Positions 33,770-41,780 of a stretch of 64,000 nucleotides of DNA are shown piece by piece. Origin of the DNA: Vulcanimicrobiota bacterium (GTDB lineage Bacteria > Vulcanimicrobiota > Vulcanimicrobiia > Eremiobacterales > Eremiobacteraceae); NCBI GenBank assembly GCA_019235715.1, contig JAFAKE010000039.1:4677-68676 (forward strand), given 5' to 3'. Every line of letters begins with the position of its first letter. Position 1 is the stretch's first letter. The position numbers and the translations under genes are program-made. A model generated the notes under the pieces. It did not search any database. It saw only the letters and a program-made list of their open reading frames with translations, and was not told the DNA's origin.

Positions 33770-34822
33770 ATGGATATTCAAATGGCTAATGCTCGCACGA
33801 GAGCGGCTGGAGCCGCGCTTTGCATTGCAATCGCCTTCGGTATCGCCGCGTGTACCGGCGGCGGCGGATCGACATCCGCTGTTCCGCATGGGCCAACACC
33901 CGCGCCGACGGCGCCACCCGGCTCGGCAGGCTCTGTCACCGAATATGTGCTGACGACCTCAAACGCCGAGCCATATGGACTGACCTCAGGCCCCGATGGA
34001 AACATCTGGTTTCTGGAGATGATCACGGGCAAAGCGGGCAAGATCACACCGGCGGGCGGTGTCACCGAATACCCGTTGCCCAGCAGTGGTTTACAACTCA
34101 CCGCCATCTCGGCCGGCCCCGATGGAAAACTGTGGTACACATCGATCAATACCAGCCAAGTCGGCAACATCGCGACGTCAGGTGCGACATCTCCGCTCTT
34201 CACGCTGACCGGTGCGCAGCTGGTGCAGTTCATCACGACAGGACCTGATGGCAATCTTTGGGTTGGCGCGGCGGGATTCATCGCAAAGATAACGACGAGC
34301 GGCGCGATCACGAAGTATACATTCAAGTCGAAAAATGGCGATGAACCCGGTGTGATGGGATTGGCTGCCGGCGCGGATGGCAACGTATGGTTCGCGGACA
34401 ACGCCGGTTTTGTCGGCAAAATCACGCCCTCGGGCACGGTGACCGAGTACGCGATTCCCACAGCGTTAAGCCAACCGTGGGGCGTCGCCGAGGGTCCGGA
34501 CGGAAACATCTGGTTCACGGAAACGGCGACGAGCAAGATCGGTAAGGTCACGCCGTCGGGCGCCGTCACCGAGTACGCGCTCACCGTGCCGAAATCCATC
34601 CAGTCGGATGGGCCCGAGGGAATCGTCGCAGGGCCCGACGGGAACATGTGGTTCACCGAATACTACGCGAACCGTATCGGACGTATCACGACGTCTGGCA
34701 CAATCACGGAGTACGGGATCCCCACGCCAAACGCGGGTGCGGCGTTCATCGCGCTTGGATCGGACGGGAATCTCTGGTTCGATGAATTCAACGCCGTGCA
34801 GATCGGCAAGATCACGCCGTAG
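33770..34822 (+). CDS. 7-bladed Vgb (virginiamycin B lyase)-like/NHL-like beta-propeller lipoprotein
   Basis: Seven ~42-aa repeats of G.VTEY.(n)GPDGN(I/L)WFTE....IGKITPS. Lipobox GIAAC. The start is ATG 33770 or 33782. Confidence 0.8.
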   Translation: MDIQMANARTRAAGAALCIAIAFGIAACTGGGGSTSAVPHGPTPAPTAPPGSAGSVTEYVLTTSNAEPYGLTSGPDGNIWFLEMITGKAGKITPAGGVTEYPLPSSGLQLTAISAGPDGKLWYTSINTSQVGNIATSGATSPLFTLTGAQLVQFITTGPDGNLWVGAAGFIAKITTSGAITKYTFKSKNGDEPGVMGLAAGADGNVWFADNAGFVGKITPSGTVTEYAIPTALSQPWGVAEGPDGNIWFTETATSKIGKVTPSGAVTEYALTVPKSIQSDGPEGIVAGPDGNMWFTEYYANRIGRITTSGTITEYGIPTPNAGAAFIALGSDGNLWFDEFNAVQIGKITP

Positions 34823-34891
34823 CGACCTACGCCGCGCAGCGTCCGCGCGAGCGTCAAGGACCCAGCCACCCCAATAGCTCATCCTAGTCGC

Positions 34892-35782
34892 ATGAAAAAC
34901 GTCGGATTGGTCGGCGCCGGCGCGATGGGCGAGCCGATGGGCGCATCGCTGCTCCGCGCGGGATTTTCGTTGTCCGTCTGCGCGCATCGCTCGCGCGAGC
35001 GCGTCGAGCGCCTTGTCGAAGCCGGCGCGAGCGAGCACAAAGACGCGGCGGCGGTCGCCGCTGCGAGCGAATGCGTGATCACGATGGTGCCCGACAGCCC
35101 GCAGGTCGAAGAGGCGCTGTTCGGGGAGCACGGCGTCGTCGAGGGCATGAAACCGGGCGGGTACGTCATCGATATGTCGACGATTTCGCCGGTGGCATCG
35201 CGCGCGTTCAACAAACGCCTGTGCGAGCGCGGCATCGGGATGGTCGACGCCCCGGTGTCGGGTGGGCCCGCGCGTGCGACCACCGGCGAGCTGACGATCA
35301 TGGCCGGCGGTGACGACGCGGATTATGCCGCCTGCGAACCCGTGCTGCGCGCGATGGGCACGCCGACGCACGTCGGGCCTGCGGGCATGGGTGAGACCTT
35401 TAAACTCGTCAATCAGATCATCATCTCGGTGGTGATGATCGCCGACATCGAGGCGCTCGTCTTCGCAAAGAAATCGGGCGCTGACATCGAGCTGTTGCGC
35501 AAGGTGATCGCAACGGCGACCGGTTCGAACTACATCCTCGACAAGTGGCTGCCCAACACGTGGTTCAAAGGCAGCCACGACGGCGGCTTCGCGCTCGATC
35601 TGCTGCGCAAGGATCTCAACGCGGCGCTCGACGCGGCCAAACAGATGCAAGTGCCGATGATCGCGTCGGCGTTGGCCGGGCAGTTGTACCTGCAGGCGTC
35701 GGCAGAAGGGTACGGGCGGCAAGATTACAGCGCGGTCTCAGAGCTGTACGAGCGGGCGGCCGGCGTGCGCGTCGTCAGCTAG
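34892..35782 (+). CDS. NAD(P)-dependent 3-hydroxyisobutyrate dehydrogenase family oxidoreductase
   Basis: VGLVGAGAMGEPMG Rossmann motif, DAPVSGGPARATTGELTIMAGG, and KLVNQ / KDL motifs. Confidence 0.88.
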   Translation: MKNVGLVGAGAMGEPMGASLLRAGFSLSVCAHRSRERVERLVEAGASEHKDAAAVAAASECVITMVPDSPQVEEALFGEHGVVEGMKPGGYVIDMSTISPVASRAFNKRLCERGIGMVDAPVSGGPARATTGELTIMAGGDDADYAACEPVLRAMGTPTHVGPAGMGETFKLVNQIIISVVMIADIEALVFAKKSGADIELLRKVIATATGSNYILDKWLPNTWFKGSHDGGFALDLLRKDLNAALDAAKQMQVPMIASALAGQLYLQASAEGYGRQDYSAVSELYERAAGVRVVS

Positions 35783-36823
35783 ATGCGCCAAGCGCGTCTC
35801 ACCGCTCCCAAGACGATCGAATGGCATGACATGCCGAGCCCCCAGCCAGGGCCTGGCGAGCTGCTCGTGCGCGTGCGCGCGGCGCTGACGTGTGGCACGG
35901 ATCTCAAAACGTATCGGCGCGGGCATCCGAAGCTGCAGTTCGGCCCGTTCGGACACGAAGCATCAGGCGACGTCGTCGCGGTCGGGCGCGACGTCAAAGG
36001 TTTCAAGCCGGGTGACGCGGTGATGTGGGTGCAGACCGCGCCGTGCATGCAGTGCGACGCCTGCGTCAGCGGATCGGAAAACTTGTGCGAGCGGATTTTC
36101 GATGAGATCGCCCTCGGCGCGTATGCGGATTACATCGTATTGCCCCGTGCGATCGTGCGCCGCAATGTGTTCCGCAAACCGGTCGGCTTGAGCTACATCG
36201 AGGCGGCATTTCTCGAGCCGCTCAGCTGCGTCGTCCACGGCTGGAACGTATTGCGCCGCGCGAATGCGCAGCGCCCGTTGCCGCCCAACGTCGCGATCAT
36301 CGGTGCGGGCACGATCGGCATGCTGCATCTGCTCTATGCCAAACACGCCGGCGTGCGCGCGACCATGATCGCGCGCAGCGCGCAGCGCATCGAATTGGCG
36401 CAGGCACTCGGCGCCCATGAGACGATCGACGCGCGCGAGCTGGAGAAAGCCGCGGTGTGGCCGCGCTTCGCAGCCGTGATCGAATGCGCCGGCATGTTCG
36501 AAACGTGGCGGCAAGCGCTCGCGCTGACGCGTCCTGGCGGACGCACCCTGTTCTTTTCGGGCTTGCCCTCGGGCAGCGAAGTGCCGCTGGACGCGACGCG
36601 CATCCATTATGAAGAGATCGCCTGCCTCGGCGCGTTCCATTTCACGCCGGACGATGTGCGTGAGACGCGCGATCTGCTCGTCGCCGGCCGCATCGCGGTG
36701 CGCCCGCTCGTGTCTGCCGTCGTCGCGCTCGCCAATCTCTCCGATGTGTTCGAGCGCTTGGACCGGCGGCAGGGATACAAGTACGCTTTGATCCCCGAAC
36801 CGGGTGCGGCCGAGTGGGTATGA
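35783..36823 (+). CDS. zinc-dependent medium-chain alcohol dehydrogenase family protein
   Basis: GHEASGDVVAVG, structural Zn Cys cluster CMQCDACVSGSENLC, and IIGAGTIGML. The ATG directly abuts the upstream TAG. Confidence 0.88.
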   Translation: MRQARLTAPKTIEWHDMPSPQPGPGELLVRVRAALTCGTDLKTYRRGHPKLQFGPFGHEASGDVVAVGRDVKGFKPGDAVMWVQTAPCMQCDACVSGSENLCERIFDEIALGAYADYIVLPRAIVRRNVFRKPVGLSYIEAAFLEPLSCVVHGWNVLRRANAQRPLPPNVAIIGAGTIGMLHLLYAKHAGVRATMIARSAQRIELAQALGAHETIDARELEKAAVWPRFAAVIECAGMFETWRQALALTRPGGRTLFFSGLPSGSEVPLDATRIHYEEIACLGAFHFTPDDVRETRDLLVAGRIAVRPLVSAVVALANLSDVFERLDRRQGYKYALIPEPGAAEWV

Positions 36824-36856
36824 GCGTCGCGCGGCGCGAAGCGCACGGCTAACCCC

Positions 36857-37939
36857 ATGTTGCCAACAACGACCAAGGCAGCCGTCTATCAACGAGGTGG
36901 CGATGTCGCCGTGCGCGACGTCGCGCTTTCGCCGCTGCGCGACGGCGAGCTGCTCGTGCGCATCACGGCGTGCGGCATCTGCTCGAGCGAGACGCTGCAA
37001 TGGTATGCCGACCGCAAAGCGCCGTTCGTGCTCGGGCACGAACCGGTCGCCGTGATCGAGGCGTGCGGCACCGGCGCAGCGCCACTGCTCAACGGCGTCG
37101 CAGGCGCCAATGGCATGCTTCCGTTCGCCCCGGGCGAGCGCGTCTTCGTCCATCATCACGCCCCGTGCATGCAGTGCCGCCGCTGCCGGCGCAGGGATTA
37201 CGTGCAGTGCGAAACGTGGCGCTCGAGCAAGCTGCAGCCCGGCGCGATGGCGCAGTTCGCGATCGTGCCGGTCGAAAGCGTGCGCGCCGACGTGCTGCGG
37301 GTGCCCGACTCGCTCGACGACGATCTCGCGACGCTGATCGAGCCGCTGGCAACGGTCGTCAAGTCCGTGCGCCGCTCGCGTTTGCGCGCGGGCGATCGCG
37401 TCCTCGTCATCGGCCTGGGCACGATGGGCATGCTGCATCTCGCACTCGCGCGCTTCCGCGGCGCCGAAGTGCTCATGGGCGCAGATCGCGTTGCATCGCG
37501 CCTGGACGCAGCGCGCACGTTCGGCGCCCATCATGCGTTCGACATCGAGAGCGCGCCATTGCACGAACAGGTCGCCGGCGCGACCGACGGCGAGGGCGCG
37601 GACATCGTCATCGTGTGCCCGGGATCGATCGCCGCGATGCAAGCGGCCGCGCAGTGCGTCGCGCCCGGCGGCACGGTCGTGCTGTTCACGCCGGCGGCGG
37701 CGACTGAGTACTGGCCATTGCCCGTGCACGATCTGTTCTTTAAAGATGTCAGCGTGGTCGCCAGCTACTCCGCCGGACCCGATGACACGCGCGAAGCATT
37801 GACGTTACTCGCGGACGGCCTGCCCGTGCGTCCGCTCGTCACGCACCGCTTTGGGCTTGACTCGATCGCGCAGGCCTATCGGCTAGTCGCCGCGGGAACG
37901 GATGCGCTCAAAGTCATCGTCTATCCGGGGCGATCGTGA
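36857..37939 (+). CDS. zinc-dependent medium-chain alcohol dehydrogenase family protein (second copy)
   Basis: CGICSSE...GHEPVAVIEACG, CMQCRRCRRRDYVQC and VIGLGTMGML. Confidence 0.88.
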   Translation: MLPTTTKAAVYQRGGDVAVRDVALSPLRDGELLVRITACGICSSETLQWYADRKAPFVLGHEPVAVIEACGTGAAPLLNGVAGANGMLPFAPGERVFVHHHAPCMQCRRCRRRDYVQCETWRSSKLQPGAMAQFAIVPVESVRADVLRVPDSLDDDLATLIEPLATVVKSVRRSRLRAGDRVLVIGLGTMGMLHLALARFRGAEVLMGADRVASRLDAARTFGAHHAFDIESAPLHEQVAGATDGEGADIVIVCPGSIAAMQAAAQCVAPGGTVVLFTPAAATEYWPLPVHDLFFKDVSVVASYSAGPDDTREALTLLADGLPVRPLVTHRFGLDSIAQAYRLVAAGTDALKVIVYPGRS

Positions 37940-38391
37940 AACACCGTTTTCGCAAAGACGATTTCTCCTGGGAAGGCATCGCCTCAGCCGGGTACAAGGC
38001 GACCGGCGAACGCGACGGCGAGGGCTTTCGCGGCGTGACGCGCCACATCATCAGCGGGACTGAAGGCGAGCCGTCACGTTTCCAGATGCGCTATTTCGAG
38101 GTCGACGCCGAGGGCTTCACGCGCCTCGAGCGCCACGAGCACATCCATTCGGTGACGGTGATCCGCGGCAGCGGCTATGCGATCGTCGGTGACGAGGTCC
38201 ATGCGCTCGAACATCTGGATCACGTCTACGTGCCGCCGATGACACTGCACCAGTTCGTCAACACGGGCGCGACGCCGTTCGGTTTCCTGTGCATCGTCGA
38301 CGCGCAACGCGACCGCCCGCAGCCCGCATCGGCGGACGACGTCGCGCGTTTGGAGCGCAACGCGGCGACTGCGGGCAAAGCGCGGCGCTGA
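37936..38391 (+). CDS. cupin domain protein
   Basis: Cupin metal motif LERHEHIHSVTVIRGSG ... VPPMTLHQFVN. The GTG start overlaps the upstream stop (GTGA). Confidence 0.8.
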   Translation: MKHRFRKDDFSWEGIASAGYKATGERDGEGFRGVTRHIISGTEGEPSRFQMRYFEVDAEGFTRLERHEHIHSVTVIRGSGYAIVGDEVHALEHLDHVYVPPMTLHQFVNTGATPFGFLCIVDAQRDRPQPASADDVARLERNAATAGKARR

Positions 38392-38393
38392 GC

Positions 38394-39407
38394 GTGGACG
38401 TCCGCTCCACCATCGCAGGCAGCTTGCCCAAACCTGCGTGGCTTGCCGAACCCGAGACGCTGTGGGCGAAGTGGCGGCTTGACGGTCCTGCGCTGGCTGA
38501 CGCCAAACGCGACGCGACGCGCATCGCGCTGTTCGAGCAAGAACGCGCCGGCATCACCTGCGTCACCGATGGCGAGCAATCGCGCCAGCATTTCGTGCAC
38601 GGCTTTCTCACGCACGTCGAGGGCGTCGACTTTTCCAAAATGGTGCGCCGCGGCATCCGCGCTGACCGCTATCAAGCCGACGTCCCCACCGTGACCGGCC
38701 CGGTGCGCCGCGTCGGCCCCGCGCATCTTGACGAAGCGACGTTTGCGCGCCGCCACACCAAACGCCGGCTGAAGATGACGATTCCGGGCCCGATGACAAT
38801 CGTCGACACCGTTTCCGACGCGCACTACAAAGACCGGCGCGAGCTTGCCATGGCGTTCGCGGCGCTGATCCGTGAGGAGATCGCCGGCCTTGAGTCGGTC
38901 GGCGTCTATGTCGTGCAGCTCGACGAGCCGGCGCTCAACGCATATCTCGATGAAGCCGAAGCGTGGGGCATGGAAGCGATCGACGCAGCGGTCCGCGACG
39001 CATCGTGCCGCACCGCTGTCCATGTCTGCTACGGGTATGGCATCAAAGCCAACGTCGATTGGAAACGATCGCTCGGGCAATCGTGGGACCAGTACGAGCG
39101 GCTCTTGCCGCTGCTGGCCAAGACGAACATCGACGAGATCTCGATCGAGCTCGCGGGCTCACACGTGCCTGCAGCCGTGCTAGGCTCGGCCGGACGCAAG
39201 GACGTTGCCATCGGCGTCATCGACGTCGCGACCGATCGCGTGGAGGCGCCCGAGGACGTCGTCGCGACCATCAATACCGCACGCGCCTACCTGCCGGACG
39301 AGCGCATCATCGCGTCGACGAACTGCGGCATGGCGCCGATGCGCCGCGACGTCGCGTACGCCAAACTACAAGCGCTCGGCGCCGGCGTCGCGCTCGCCAA
39401 CTCATAG
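38394..39407 (+). CDS. single-domain cobalamin-independent methionine synthase (MetE C-terminal)-like Zn methyltransferase
   Basis: GSLPKPAWL, TDGEQSR, QLDEPAL, and Zn ligands VHVCYGY (HxC) plus NCGMAP. GTG at 38394 lies 2 nt after the cupin stop. Confidence 0.85.
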   Translation: MDVRSTIAGSLPKPAWLAEPETLWAKWRLDGPALADAKRDATRIALFEQERAGITCVTDGEQSRQHFVHGFLTHVEGVDFSKMVRRGIRADRYQADVPTVTGPVRRVGPAHLDEATFARRHTKRRLKMTIPGPMTIVDTVSDAHYKDRRELAMAFAALIREEIAGLESVGVYVVQLDEPALNAYLDEAEAWGMEAIDAAVRDASCRTAVHVCYGYGIKANVDWKRSLGQSWDQYERLLPLLAKTNIDEISIELAGSHVPAAVLGSAGRKDVAIGVIDVATDRVEAPEDVVATINTARAYLPDERIIASTNCGMAPMRRDVAYAKLQALGAGVALANS

Positions 39408-39422
39408 CCAGAGAAACGCCGA

Positions 39423-39872
39423 GTGGAGCAGGCCGGCGTGCTCGCCAGACAAGGACGTCGTCTGCTGCAGCTCGGCGTGGTCTTGCTGCTGTTCACGTCG
39501 TTCTGGGGTTTCGCGATCCCGCGCATGGGCTCGTATCAGTTGGGCGTGTCGGCGCATTCCCTGGCCGGACTGCTTGCGATTTTGCTGCTCGCGATGGGAT
39601 TATTGTGGCCAAAGCTGCGTCTTAATGCGAATGCAGCTGCGTTCGCGTTTTGGTTCTTGATCTATTCAGGGTTAGCGATTGAGCTTGCGTTCGTGCTCGG
39701 TGCGATATGGAGCGCCGGCAATTCGACGATGCCCCATGCGGCAGGCGCAGCGCATGGGAGCGCGCTACAAGAGCTCGTGATTAAGGTTATCGCGTATTCG
39801 TCCGGCCCTACCGGAATTATCGCTTTTGCGCTTATCTTGTGGGGACTGCGCGGCGAGCCTGTGAAATCGTAG
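39423..39872 (+). CDS. small integral membrane protein (4 predicted TM helices)
   Basis: Four hydrophobic stretches. Starts 15 nt after the MetE-like stop and is the last gene of the co-directional cluster. Confidence 0.65.
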   Translation: MEQAGVLARQGRRLLQLGVVLLLFTSFWGFAIPRMGSYQLGVSAHSLAGLLAILLLAMGLLWPKLRLNANAAAFAFWFLIYSGLAIELAFVLGAIWSAGNSTMPHAAGAAHGSALQELVIKVIAYSSGPTGIIAFALILWGLRGEPVKS

Positions 39873-39983
39873 GTCTACCGCACCCGCACAGCGGGCATCT
39901 CTACCAGTGAGATGTTAATGTCGCAGGACACACTTGGCCTGATGGGCCAGGCGCGCGCGCGTCTTGGCCGGAATTCAACGCTC

Positions 39984-41279
39984 ATGCAGGCCTTGGGGGG
40001 CCGCCGTGCGTTCACCGCGCTCGCCGTGATCGTGCTGGCGTTCACGCTTTCGTCGTGCGGCGGTGCCGGAACGGTGGCCGGCGGCGGCTCGCACGGTGGC
40101 GGACCGACGCCTCCGCCCGCGCCCAAACTCGACAACTGGGTGATGTACGGCCACGACGGCCAACACACGTCGGCTTCCTCGGCGAGCATAACCGGCGGTC
40201 TCAAACAAGCCTGGCGCTACGATCCCGTGCCGTTGAGCGGCAACACCTTCGGCGGGATGTTCAACGCGGTTGCGACGACGAGCGGCGTTTATATCCACTA
40301 TTCCCAGTACGGTGCAACGGTGTTCGCCGGCGGCCCCTCTATGGATGGCCTGTCGACGACCGGACAACATCAGTGGAGCTACGTCGAGCACCGCGACTAC
40401 GAAGAGGGCCATTGGCTGAGCGTCTTCGGCAGCGGTGTGGTACTGCAAGACGACGGAGAGCCGCTCGACAATCCATCGACCGGCGCACTCATAAAATGGC
40501 TTGCGAATAGTTTCGATTCGTGGGGCGAGACTATTCCCGATGCGACTGGTCTGTATGGCACAAACACATTCCTCGCCGACGGCGCTGACTTGTACGTCTA
40601 CGCCTACAGCACGTCGAACGCGCTGCTTTGGAAGGCGCTGCAGCAGAAGAGCACCAAATACTCGAGCGACGGCGACGGCGGGCTGCTGCTCGTCAACGGC
40701 ACGCTGTACTACGCAGCCGATTACACCGATCCATCACCCAACGCGTCGGGCATCTATGCGCTCAATGCCGCAAGCGGCGCCAAGATCGGCTACGTCGCGA
40801 CGACGCCCACATCCGAGATGAGCGCGGACGCGAACAACATCTATCTGATCGAGAACTCGTCGACGCTGGTGGCGCGTTCGCAAAGCACGTTGGCGAAGCT
40901 CTGGTCCGTCAATCTGACATTCGGATCAACCGCTGCGCCGGTCATCGCGGACGGAATGGTGATCGTCGCGACGTACAACAGCGTTGCAGCGTTCGATCCG
41001 GCGAGCGGGCACAACATTTGGACGACGAACGTGCAACCGGTGTACAGCGGACAGTATTCGACCGCGATGTGCGCGGCGCTCGTGAGCAACACGCTTGTCG
41101 TCACCTCGTTCGACGGCGTGCACCTGCTCAATATCGCCAACGGTGCCGACACGTGGCACGGCAGCGTGGCGGGCGCTTCTAATCCGATCATCGTGAACGA
41201 TCCTGCCGTGGGAGCGACCGTCTACGTGACCGATGGAACCGGCGTGATCGCCTTGGTGCCGCTCTCAAGCTCGCGCTGA
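39984..41279 (+). CDS. PQQ-like beta-propeller lipoprotein (BamB-like)
   Basis: Lipobox FTLSSC. Repeated blade motifs IYALNAASGAKIGY, LVARSQSTLAKLWSV, VAAFDPASGHNIWTT and VHLLNIANGADTWHG. Confidence 0.75.
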   Translation: MQALGGRRAFTALAVIVLAFTLSSCGGAGTVAGGGSHGGGPTPPPAPKLDNWVMYGHDGQHTSASSASITGGLKQAWRYDPVPLSGNTFGGMFNAVATTSGVYIHYSQYGATVFAGGPSMDGLSTTGQHQWSYVEHRDYEEGHWLSVFGSGVVLQDDGEPLDNPSTGALIKWLANSFDSWGETIPDATGLYGTNTFLADGADLYVYAYSTSNALLWKALQQKSTKYSSDGDGGLLLVNGTLYYAADYTDPSPNASGIYALNAASGAKIGYVATTPTSEMSADANNIYLIENSSTLVARSQSTLAKLWSVNLTFGSTAAPVIADGMVIVATYNSVAAFDPASGHNIWTTNVQPVYSGQYSTAMCAALVSNTLVVTSFDGVHLLNIANGADTWHGSVAGASNPIIVNDPAVGATVYVTDGTGVIALVPLSSSR

Positions 41280-41310
41280 CATTAGCATCATGAACGCCTG
41301 AAGCGTTCGC

Positions 41311-41775
41311 ATGCTCGCAGCCGCAATCGCTCTGGCGCTTCTCGCGTATCCGCCGCAGACGACGACGGGCGTGCTGCCCGACCTTGCGATCGGCTTCAAT
41401 CCGCCAGACGGTCCGGGATACGTGGTCGCATCGAAGTGCGAACCGGGCAAGCCATTGATCACCTTCTTGCTTGTCATCTCCAACGTAGGCAGTGTGAACA
41501 GCCAGCCGATCAAAGAGCATGACGGCGTCACGATAGCCGCGGTCGACGATCCGGCCTGGTCTGCGGGCGCGCCGCTCGGTGCGATCGCGGCCGGGCATAT
41601 CGAAGCGCTCAATCTCTCATTGCCGGCTCGCCCCGGACTACATGGGCCTTATGAGGTCGTCATCACCGTCAACGGCAGGCAAGAATTCGAAGAAAACTCG
41701 TTTGCGAACAATACGGCCCGCGTCACGGTGACGATACCGCCCGGCCTTTGTCCGTCCGTATGGCCTGGCGAATGA
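41311..41775 (+). CDS. small secreted CARDB-like protein
   Basis: LPDLAI ... VISNVGS ... FEENSFANNTARVTV is the CARDB-type pattern. An N-terminal hydrophobic segment is present. Confidence 0.7.
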   Translation: MLAAAIALALLAYPPQTTTGVLPDLAIGFNPPDGPGYVVASKCEPGKPLITFLLVISNVGSVNSQPIKEHDGVTIAAVDDPAWSAGAPLGAIAAGHIEALNLSLPARPGLHGPYEVVITVNGRQEFEENSFANNTARVTVTIPPGLCPSVWPGE

Positions 41776-41780
41776 ACTTC

